DNA of 64,000 nt, from the NCBI GenBank assembly GCA_963784065.1, contig CAWAQA010000004.1, forward strand, positions 341,087 to 405,086, read 5' to 3'. Below are positions 56,279-64,000 of the stretch, one piece after another. Made by a program: the position numbers and the translations under genes. The notes under the pieces are model-generated. The model searched no databases. It was not told the origin of the DNA and saw nothing but the letters and a program-made list of their open reading frames with translations. Origin of the DNA: an uncultured Acidobacteriota bacterium (GTDB lineage: Bacteria > Acidobacteriota > Vicinamibacteria > Vicinamibacterales > UBA2999). Every line of letters starts with the position of its first letter. Within the stretch, counting starts at the first letter, position 1.

Positions 56279-57552
56279 CCCGCAGTATCACTCTCACCGA
56301 GACAGTCTTTGAGCCGGTGCTCGAATAGGTGAAGGTCGCCGAGTTCGTGCTGGTGACCACGTTCGGGCTAGTGCCCTCGAACGTCCACTCATAACTGATC
56401 ACATCGCCGGACGCGGCGCCGCTGACCGATGCCGTCGCGGTGACGGTGAGTCCCGAACCGTTCGCCGTGACGGCGACTCCGACCACGCCGCGAACCTGGA
56501 CAAGCTGATCCGCCGTCGTCGTCTCGCCGTTGATGTCTGTTGCGACGAGGCGCGCCGAGAAGGTTCCCGTTGTGCCATACGCGTGCGTCACCGTGGCGGC
56601 GCTGGACAGGTTCCCGAGGTTGATGGTTTCGCCGTCACCGAAGTCGAGGCGCGCCGACGTCAGATTGCTGCCCGTGGCGACCCGGGTTGCCGTGAACGTC
56701 ACCAGTTGGCCGATACCAACATTGGAGCAGGCGGCGGTTCCCACGGCACACGTCAGCGTTACCGACGGGCCTGTACCGCACGGTGACCGTGAATGTGCCC
56801 GTAATCGCACCGACACGCGCCGTCACCTCGCTCTGGGCGGTCGTCGCCAGCGTCGTCCGCGCCTCACCAATGTCGCTCGTAATGGCGGTCGTGGCGCCGA
56901 GTGTGCCCTGGGTTGCGCTGAACACAACGGGAATGCCGGGCAACGCCCGGCCGCCTTCGCCGATCACCGTGGCCAACAGTTCCACGGTCCCCCCGGTAGA
57001 CGGCACGCTTGCCGGCGTGGCGCGGAGCGCGACGACGCCCGTCGTGCCGATCGCGGCCGTGCCGACGGCGATCGTGACGACATTCGTTCCCGTCGCAGGA
57101 GCGGGCGTGCCGTTCGGCGGAGGCGTCGTCGTGCCGCCAGCTCCGGTGGTACCCGATGTGGCGCGGATTTCCGCGGTCCCGGATGTGGTTCCGGTGAACA
57201 TCGTGACGGCCACGCCGTTCCGGGTCTGGGTCTCGACCGGGTTGACGGTACCGAGGTTCGTCGAGAAGCGAACCGTCGTACCGTTCTGCACCGGCGTGCC
57301 GCTCGACTCGGCGACAAATGCCTGGATCTCCGTCGAACCGCCGATGGGCAGGACGCTGATCGGCGCGCTCACCGAAATCGTGGAGCTTGTCGGGGCAAGC
57401 AACGGCACCGAGTCGCACGCGCCGGCCGCGATCGCCGAAGACACGACTGCGACGAGCACTGCGGCACGCCGCTTCCATGCGCCGGCCCGGCGAACACCGT
57501 CGGTCATGACCATCGAGGTACCTGCGATCACCACACTACCCTTGAGTTTCAT
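56238..57552 (-). pseudogene. surface lipoprotein with bacterial Ig-like (Big) and PKD-like domains. One frame break near 56790.
   Basis: The lipobox ...VAVVSSAIAAGAC and Ig-like repeats (TEIQAFVAESSGTPVQNGTTVRFSTNLGTV; TVELLATVIGEGGRALPGIPVVFSATQGTLG) lie in ORF 56635..57552. ...GTFTVTV continues as TGPSVTLTC..., followed by PKD-like repeats (FDFGDGE-type LDFGDGETINLG...THAYGTTGTF; YEWTFEG...TFTYSSTGSKTVSVRV) in ORF 56238..56816. Confidence 0.7.
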
Positions 57553-57555
57553 CTC

Positions 57556-57960
57556 TTACCAATCCGCGTATCGCGATCCGTCAATCGCCGTGTCCTCCGC
57601 ACCGCTCTTCACGTCGAAGATCCCCGACTCGGCAAGCGCATTCCCAGGCTGGGGATCCGACATCGTCGTCTGCCAGGTTTCGGCGGAGTTGGTAATCGGG
57701 TCAACAGGGACCGCACGGAGGTACTTCTCCGACACCAGCGACTCGAGCGATGGCGGGTACTTGTTCTTGTCGGCGTAGTACTGGTCGATCGCGTCGCGCA
57801 TCCGGAAGAGATCGGATTTCAGCACCGCCTCTTTCGATCGCTGGATGCTGTTGACGTACAGCGCCGTGGCGATGCCGGCGAGGATGACGATGATGGCCAT
57901 CACGATCATCAACTCGATGAGCGTGAACCCATCGGCTCGCGTTCGGCGCATCCTGACCAT
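57556..57960 (-). CDS. GspG-like type II secretion pseudopilin / type IV pilin-like protein
   Basis: Prepilin N-terminus RADGFTLIELMIVMAIIVILAGIATALY. GspG-like body LFRMRDAIDQYYADKNKYPPSLESLVSEKYLRAVPVDPIT. ATG 57960 overlaps the upstream stop as TGATG; the ORF opens at 58083. Confidence 0.8.
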   Translation of the reverse strand: MVRMRRTRADGFTLIELMIVMAIIVILAGIATALYVNSIQRSKEAVLKSDLFRMRDAIDQYYADKNKYPPSLESLVSEKYLRAVPVDPITNSAETWQTTMSDPQPGNALAESGIFDVKSGAEDTAIDGSRYADW

Positions 57961-58460
57961 CACCATTCGTTGTACTTGGTTCCGTCGAGAGCCGTACCCG
58001 TGTTCGTCGTGTAGATGTCGAACACGTTCTGTCCTCCCCAGGACGACGAGTCGGGCCGATCCTGATAGGACCGCATGCCCCACTCCATGCTGTTGGTCAT
58101 CGGGTCGAGCGGCACGCGCCGCAGGTACTTCAGCTTCCGCCCTGACGCGTCGCCGGCGGCACTGACGCCCTCCACGAGCGTCTCGAGGTCCGGCGGATAC
58201 CCCTCGCTGCCGGGCTCGAGCTCGGTCTGCGGAATCTGGCCGGCGTCCACGGCATCCTTGAACTTGTCGATCGCGTTCCGCACCTCGCGCAGCGTCCGGC
58301 GCAGCTCCGCTTCGCGCTGGCGCTGCGATGTCACCTGGGCCAGCGGCATCACCGCCGACGCGAGGATCATCAGGATGGCGGTGACGATCACGAGCTCGAC
58401 GAAGGTGTAGCCGCGTTCGCCGCCGGGCAAGGTCCGCGCCGCAGCTATCAGGCGTCTCAT
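57960..58460 (-). CDS. GspG-like type II secretion pseudopilin / type IV pilin-like protein (second copy)
   Basis: Intact 166-aa ORF. GERGYTFVELVIVTAILMILASAVMPLA. LREVRNAIDKFKD. YPPDLETLVEG. YLRRVPLDPMT. Confidence 0.8.
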   Translation of the reverse strand: MRRLIAAARTLPGGERGYTFVELVIVTAILMILASAVMPLAQVTSQRQREAELRRTLREVRNAIDKFKDAVDAGQIPQTELEPGSEGYPPDLETLVEGVSAAGDASGRKLKYLRRVPLDPMTNSMEWGMRSYQDRPDSSSWGGQNVFDIYTTNTGTALDGTKYNEW

Positions 58461-60943
58461 CGGACCACGACCATCGGAACAGGCGCGAACACGAGCGGGA
58501 CCGGTGTGCCGCGCGGCCCGGTGCCGGCGCCGGTCAGCGTCAGATTGCCGGAGCCACCACCCACTGCGTCGAACAGGATGGCGGCCAGCAAGCCGGTCCC
58601 GGACACACCCGTGGCATCCCCCGCACGCACGATGGCGATGTCGATCCGTCCCGCTGCCGCGTCCACCTGCTGCGTGAATGTGGCGTTCACGCCGCCGGAG
58701 CGCATGAAGCTGCCCTCCTGGATGGCGCGCACGCGCAGCGCCGACGGATTGAACGTGATCGTCAGCGTCGCTCCGGACACCATCGATGCGCCGGTGATCG
58801 AGACGGGTACCGTGTATGGACCGCCGCCGACGCGGAAGTCGGTGCCCGGCGGCGAGAGGAAGATCTGGCCCCCTCCGGCCGCGGTCGCACCAACGTTCGA
58901 TGCGGGCGTCCCTGCGGCCTGGGGCGTCGAGCCTGGCGGTGTCAGCGCAGAACCTGGCTGCTCAGTGGGCGCCGGCACCGGCGGAACGGTTGGTGTCGGC
59001 GTACCCTGCCCAGGGGTGGCGGGAGCAGTCGTCGTGCCGGGAATGGGCGAGCTGCCCGGCGGAACCTGCGGGACGGGGCCACTTCCCGTGGGCAGCACAG
59101 GCTGACCGGCTACCGGCGCGGCGCGGTGCGCCAGCCGCAGGAGCCGGAGGAGAAGCCGGCGGAGGAGCGATGTCAGGCTGCGCGGCGATCAGCGGCGGCG
59201 GACCCCCGAGGCCCAGCGCCTGCTGTGTGCCGATAAAGATCGGGCTCACATCGGTCTGGGTCAGCTCGTGCGTCCGTACGATCCGCGGCGTGAGCAGCAT
59301 GATGATATCAGTCTGATCAACCTCCGTGATCTCCGTACCAAACAGCGAGCGCAGGATCGGGATGCGCATGAGACCCGGAAATCCCCGCATCGTTTTTCGC
59401 TCGTTGTCGTCCAGCAGTCCTGCCATCAGGTTGGACTCGCCGTCACGCAGCCGCAGCCGCGTGTTCACGCGTCGGGCGTTGAATGACGGTAACGCTTGAC
59501 CGCCGACCGTGGTGTTAGGACCGAGCGAACTGCTCTCGACCAGGACGTCGAGGATGATCTCGTTCTCGAACGTCACACGCGGTGTCATCTCGATGATCAC
59601 GCCCACGGTCCGGTAGTTGAACGAGGTCAGCGGGTTGAAGCTTGCCCCGCCCTGGGCCACCGGTGTGAAGACCGTCGAAGGGACCGGGACTTCCCGCCCG
59701 AGATTGAGCGTGATCTTCTGCCCTTCGGCGCCTCGAAGTTGCGGCTTGGCGATCTGCCTGGTGCCGATATCGGTCTCGAGGAAACGCAGAACGGCGGACG
59801 GCACCGCCATGTAGAAGTCGGCGGTCGAGACGCCGCGGGTGATGGTATTCAGGTTGAACGGCGTCGACGTCACACCCGCGGCGGTGGGGGGATCGGTGTC
59901 GTTGCCGGGCGTGGCGCCCGTGATCCCTCGCTGCTCGGGCGAGAACGCGAGGTTGACGGCGTACTCCGACAGGTTGATGCCGAATTCCTTGACCCTGCCC
60001 CGGTTCACCTCGAGGATCTGGACGTCGATGATGATTTCCGAGCGCGGATTGTCGTTCGCCTCGATCATCTTTTCGATGATCGACACGACGTTCGCGGTCC
60101 CGCGCACGGTGATCGTGTTCGCCGTCTTGTTCGCGGCCAGCACCGGCTGCACGGCGATCGCCGGGATGCGGATGACCTGGTTGAGCGTCTGCACCAGCTC
60201 CGTCGCGTCGGCGTGCGAGATGAAGAAGGTGCGGATCACCTGCTCCTCGTACGCCGCGCGCTTCTGCGCGTTGTCCGGGATGATCATGATGGTGCGCGGG
60301 TTGATCACCTTGTAGAACAGCGTGTTCGCGCCCAGGATCTGCGTCAGCGCTTCCTCGAACGTGACGCCGCGCAGGTTCACCGTGTACATCCGGTCCTGGA
60401 AGTCGCGCTCGTAGCTGATGTTGATCCCGGCCGCCATGCCGATGGAGTTGAGGATGTCGCGCAGGCTGGAATTGTTGAAGATGACGTCGATCGGCTCGCG
60501 CGACGCCGGGTTCAGCAGCGGCTGCGACTGTCTCGCGACGTCGCGCATCTGCTGGATCGACGGTTGCGGCCGCGAGGCTTCCACCAGGTCGCGGATGCGC
60601 CGCTCCATCTCCAGTACCTTCGCCGACACGAGGCGGTTCGACGGGTCGAACTCGCTGGCGCGGCGGTATTCGCGCAGCGCCTCCTCGAGCTGCCCGCGCG
60701 CCTCGAGGACACGCGCCTGATCCAGGTGCAGGTTGGCGGCATTGATCATCGCGCGCTCGAGCGCGATCTGGTAGTCGGCGCGTTCGGGGTCTTCCTGGAC
60801 GGCACGGCGATAGAAATCCACTGCCGTGTCCCAGTCACCCGCGCGCGCCGCGCTCTCGCCGCTGCCGAACGCGCGGCTCGCCGCGCACCCTGCCCCCAAG
60901 GCGGCATCACGATCACGATCACAATGGCTAGTCGATGCATCAT
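58457..60943 (-). pseudogene. secretin (GspD/PilQ family) with N-terminal TPR region and C-terminal cohesin-like domain. Two frame breaks (about 60895 and about 59100).
   Basis: The lipoprotein-like start MMHRLAIVIVIV lies in ORF 60746..60943. ORF 58962..60899 carries the rest of the N-terminus and the core. It has a TPR-like part (DWDTAVDFYRRAVQEDPERADYQIALE...) and N-domains (IDVIFNNSSLRDILNSIG; VIRTFFISHADATELVQTLNQV). Its secretin core is IIIDVQILEVNR, SFNYRTVGVIIEMTPRV, ESNLMAGLL and GFPGLMRIPILRSLFG. After a Pro-rich linker there is an about 150-aa domain (PYTVPVSITGASMVSGATLTITFNPSALRV...GRIDIAIVRAGDATGVSGTGLLAAILFDAVGGGSGNLTL) in ORF 58457..59098. Confidence 0.85.
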
Positions 60944-61520
60944 TGCCCTGAGAGCCGGATCACCTGCCGTCCGCGGCCGTCGGTGTAGGCCATCTCGACG
61001 TTGTCTGCGCCAATCCTCAACAGACGATATCGGCCTTCGATGATATCGCCTTCCCTTCCCGTCAAGACGGTCCCGCGGCCGTCACTCAGGATGGCGACGC
61101 GGCCCGCCTGAGCCGGAGCGTTCAGCAGGCCGATGAACCGCAGCGGGATCGGCGGCGGCGGCGGCGGCCCCTGCGGCACCGGCGGTCCCGTGGGGACGAC
61201 CCGCGGGGCGGGCGCGGCGCCGGCGCCGGGGCCCGGAGGCGCGGGGGGCGGCGCCTTCACCTCGAAGCGGAACAGGTTGCGCTCCGCCACGGGAGCGTCT
61301 TTCGCGGGCCGCGTTCAGCGCCTCGAGCTGGATGTCCGTCACCGGCGCCTGGCCGCCCCTTCCCGGCTGCTGCCGGGTTCCGGTCGTGCCGGATACTGGA
61401 TTGGACGGTGCGGCCGAGGTTCCGGCCGGGGTGTCGCCTCCCCGCAGCGTGATGACGAGAACCAGGCCGCACCACGAGCGCGCCGAGGACGGCGAGCTGC
61501 TTCTGCGTCTTCGACGCCAT
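60940..61520 (-). pseudogene. PilP-like / GspC-like pilus assembly protein. Two frame breaks.
   Basis: MASKTQKQLAVLGALVV is the membrane anchor in ORF 61257..61520. APVTDIQLEALNAA lies in ORF 61082..61342. ERNLFRFEVKAPPP...IPLRFIGLLNAPAQAGRVAILSDGRGTVLTGREGDIIEGRYRLLRIGADNVEM lies in ORF 60940..61290. Its position between pilO and the secretin supports the call. Confidence 0.5.
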
Positions 61521-62104
61521 CAGGCCGCGTCCCGGAAGTAGGTGGACATCTCCAGCGTCACCACTTGGGCGCCGGTGTTCTCCGCGCCCGCCGCGAGCTC
61601 GACGTTGTCGATGACCACGAACTCCGGGGACGCTTCGAGCTGGTGGATGAAGGTGCGCATGTCCTCGTAGGCGCCGCTCAGAACCATCCTGATTCTCAGA
61701 CGGCGGAGCGTGCTCTCGCGGATTTCGACTTCCTCGTACTGATCGCGATCGAACGTGAGGTCCGATTCGCGGGCGAGCTGCCGCAGCCGCAGCTGCGTCA
61801 GCCGCCGCGCCCCCGACAGGTCCGGCGGCAGCACGTCCTTGTAAAAGGTAGCGAGCTCGGTGGAGGCGCGGTCTTTACCGGTCAGCGTGCCATTGGCCTG
61901 CGCGAAATCCGCCTGCGCCGCCGTCAGTGCCTGCCCCGCAGCGTCGTTGCGTTGCTCGACGTTGGCGACGCGCTGCGCCAGCGGATACACGAACAACGCG
62001 TACACCAGCGCGTTCGCCACGAGAGCGACGACCAGCGGCACCACGACCCGCCGGTGCTCGGCGAGCACGCGCCGCCCCAGAGACGTGCCGTGAGGGCTGC
62101 TCAT
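61520..62104 (-). CDS. pilO: type IV pilus/T2SS inner-membrane assembly protein PilO-like
   Basis: Intact 194-aa ORF. One TM (VVVPLVVALVANALVYALFVY), a coiled-coil region, then the ferredoxin-like end LRIRMVLSGAYEDMRTFIHQLEASPEFVVIDNVEL. The gene is start/stop-coupled on both sides. Confidence 0.65.
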   Translation of the reverse strand: MSSPHGTSLGRRVLAEHRRVVVPLVVALVANALVYALFVYPLAQRVANVEQRNDAAGQALTAAQADFAQANGTLTGKDRASTELATFYKDVLPPDLSGARRLTQLRLRQLARESDLTFDRDQYEEVEIRESTLRRLRIRMVLSGAYEDMRTFIHQLEASPEFVVIDNVELAAGAENTGAQVVTLEMSTYFRDAA

Positions 62105-62685
62105 GGCTGGGGTGCCTCCTGCTGGGCTGTGCGCGACGGCGGCTGGTAGACGCCTTCGATGATCGCCTCGAGCAGCCCCTCCTCGTTGGTCTGCGTCTCG
62201 GTGGCGAGCACGTTGTGGAACGCGCCGGTCGTCTCGAGCGCGTCGATGAACGCCTCGAGGTCCTCGGCGCGCCGCGCGTCCACGGCGATGCCGATGATGA
62301 ACACGCCCTTCTCGAGGCGCGGCTGCACCGCCGTGATGCGGACGTCGTCCGGGAGCGTCGCCTCGAACTGCGTGAAGAGCTCCGTCCAGGAGAAGGAGCG
62401 CTGATCGATGAGGTCGTTCGCCTCGCGCGCCGCGCTCGCCACCGTCTCCAGCTCCGTCGGGTTGATCTGCGCGCGAATGCGTGACGCTTCCGACCGCAGC
62501 CGCGCCGCCTCGCGCTCGGCTTCATCCGCGTTGGCGCCCAGCGTCTGCTGACTGGTCATCAGCGTGAGGATCCTGATGCCGTTGAACAGCGTGATCCCGA
62601 TGACGACGGCGGCGAGCGTGGACAGCGCGACCTGGACGGCGCGGACGTTGTAGAACGGCTTCGTCGCGAGATTGGTCCGGATCAT
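62101..62685 (-). CDS. pilN: PilN-like (fimbrial assembly) protein
   Basis: MIRTNLATKPFYN is the typical PilN N-terminus. TM ALSTLAAVVIGITLFNGI. WTELFTQFEATLPDDVRITAVQP. ATG 62685 overlaps the pilM stop. Confidence 0.75.
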   Translation of the reverse strand: MIRTNLATKPFYNVRAVQVALSTLAAVVIGITLFNGIRILTLMTSQQTLGANADEAEREAARLRSEASRIRAQINPTELETVASAAREANDLIDQRSFSWTELFTQFEATLPDDVRITAVQPRLEKGVFIIGIAVDARRAEDLEAFIDALETTGAFHNVLATETQTNEEGLLEAIIEGVYQPPSRTAQQEAPQP

Positions 62686-63651
62686 CAGGCCGCCACCGCC
62701 TCCCGGCGCGTCCGCAGCAGCATGCCGACGAGCGGCGCGAGCAGATCCATCAGCTCCGGCGTGACGCCGATGCGGTCGCGCAGCGACGCGGCGCGCGTCG
62801 GATCGATCGGTTCCACGCGTCACGCCGAGGCGCTCCTCGAGGCTGCGCCGCGCCGCGTCGACGACGCCCGGCACACGGCCGGTGCCGCCGAGCAGCACGC
62901 GCGTGAACCCCTGTCCCGTCAAGCCGGTCCTGGTAGTACATCGCCGTCTGGTGCACGAGGTCGGCGAGGATGTCGTCGCCTCGCCCTGCGGCCGGCTGCG
63001 GAAGAAGATGACGTGCTCGCCGCGCATGATGGCGAGCGAGGTGTACTCGGGCTGCATGTGGACGACGAGCCAGTCGCCCGCGGGGGCGTCTGTCGAGGCC
63101 AGGAACAGGTTGATGACGCTGAGCGTCGCGAGGTCCACGAGCCCGGCATAGGCGCCGGCTTCGTCGCAGACGCCTTCGTACTCGCGCACGACGTCGCGGC
63201 GGGCCATGGCGACGACGAACTCGGCGCCGGCGGCGCCGCGCGCGCCCGGGCTATACGTCACGCACGCATCGTCGATCGGGAACGGCGCCGACTTCTTCAG
63301 CTGCCAGCGTACGAGCTGGTCGAGGTCCTCGCGGCGGGCGGGAACCTGGTCGAACCGCAACAACGAGACGCGGGCGGCGACGTCGGGGATGACCAGCGCG
63401 ACGCGGCGCGGCCGGCTGCCCAGGCGCTCGAACACCGCCTGCAGCGCCGCCACGACACGCGGCCGATCGGCGAGGTTGTGCGCGGTGAGCGACGGTACCA
63501 CCGCCCCGGCGGGGAGCGGCTCGCTCGCATAGCCCTGCACGACGAGGTCGCGCCCGCGCGCGCTCATCGTGGCCACGGCGACGCGCTCGGGCGAGATCTC
63601 GACCGCCGCGTCAGGAGGCGGACTGGCGAGCCAGGAGGCGAGCAGGCTCAT
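62685..63651 (-). pseudogene. pilM: PilM-like actin-fold pilus assembly ATPase. Three frame breaks.
   Basis: MSLLASWLASPPPDAAVEISPERVAVATM...VALVIPDVAARVSLLRFDQVPARREDLDQLVRWQLKK...LVDLATLSVINLF...YTSLAIMRGEHVIFFRSRP lies in the main frame. LVHQTAMYYQDRL lies in ORF 62750..62956. GFTRVLLGGTG is back in the main frame. The end VEPIDPTRAASLRDRIGVTPELMDLLAPLVGMLLR lies in a third frame (my own translation). Confidence 0.8.
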
Positions 63652-64000
63652 TCGACGAAGGTCACCTTGTTGATTTCGCGCAGGGTCGATCTGGCCCAGC
63701 AGCACCTTCTCGACCGCGGACTCGCGGAGGAACCGCATGCCTTCTTCGTGTGCCGCCTTCTTGATTTCGGACGCCGGGCGGCGATCGAGGATCATCTCAC
63801 GGATGCGATCGGAGAGATCCAGGAGCTCGCAGATGGCCGTGCGTCCCTTGAAGCCGGTGCCGCCGCATTCGATGCAGCCCGCGCCCTCGTAGAACGGTGT
63901 GCGACTGGGCCAGCGACGGCTCGAGCGCGGACTCCTCCAGCAGCTTCGGATCGACGCGGACCGCGCGCTTGCAGTGCGAGCAGATCAGGCGCACGAGCCG
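63648..64000 (-). pseudogene. GspE/PilB-family secretion ATPase, C-terminal end only (the gene continues beyond the right edge). Two frame breaks.
   Basis: VRLICSHCKRAVRVDPKLLEE lies in ORF 63797..63994. FYEGAGCIECGGTGFKGRTAICELLDLSDRIREMILDRRPASEIKKAAHEEGMRFLRESAVEKVLLGQ lies in the frame of ORF 62101..63795 and carries the tetracysteine Zn motif. The end STLREINKVTFVE-stop lies in a third frame, overlapping the pilM ATG as ATGA. Confidence 0.8.

Overview
This is a GC-rich chromosomal segment from a diderm bacterium (about two-thirds G+C by eye, not computed). The gene content resembles Acidobacteriota-type genomes, but I could not run a search to confirm that. I can support about 57 protein-coding genes. 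I found no rRNA, tRNA, CRISPR array, transposase or prophage. From left to right the window holds the following. (1) Two unknown polytopic membrane proteins and an aminotransferase. (2) A Bat/MoxR-type operon: MoxR ATPase, DUF58, BatD-like, VWA, small membrane protein, VWA. (3) A PQQ-type beta-propeller gene, then guaA, dnaE, accA and recJ. (4) A conserved rpoN neighbourhood: large LptC/LptA-like protein, lptB, rpoN, hpf, hprK, rapZ, PTS EIIA(Man-type), ptsH, ptsI. It has no PTS permease. (5) A cupin gene and ssb. (6) A complete Tol-Pal cluster: tolQ, tolR, a TolA/TonB-like gene, tolB, pal, cpoB. (7) recN, miaB, a bifunctional nuclease, parA and parB. (8) A GH57 glycoside hydrolase, lptF, lptG, a serine hydrolase, a PHP-domain protein and xerD. 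(9) An amino-sugar/murein-recycling group: murQ, nagB, a BadF-type GlcNAc kinase, a GHL10-like hydrolase and a beta-lactamase-like protein. (10) A translationally coupled type IV pilus/T2SS-like operon. It encodes a GspE/PilB ATPase (partial), pilM, pilN, pilO, a PilP-like protein, a secretin with a TPR N-terminus and a cohesin-like C-terminus, two GspG-like pseudopilins, a Big/PKD lipoprotein and a Gly-rich pseudopilin-like protein. Three things are not explained by ordinary annotation. (a) There are about 60-70 reading-frame breaks in roughly 28 conserved, often essential genes. They are strongly clustered and are most likely uncorrected indel errors. I list those genes as pseudogenes and give the reconstructed full extent. 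(b) Many intergenic spacers are built from degenerate tandem heptanucleotide words. Each spacer has its own word, the arrays often run right up to a start codon, and some are arranged as inverted arrays. (c) A family of GC-rich hairpins with a TTCA/TGAA loop and a GTAG/GTCG head (REP/REPIN-like) sits in several spacers. All functional calls rest on motifs I recognise by eye in the translations. No database search, HMM or folding program was run.
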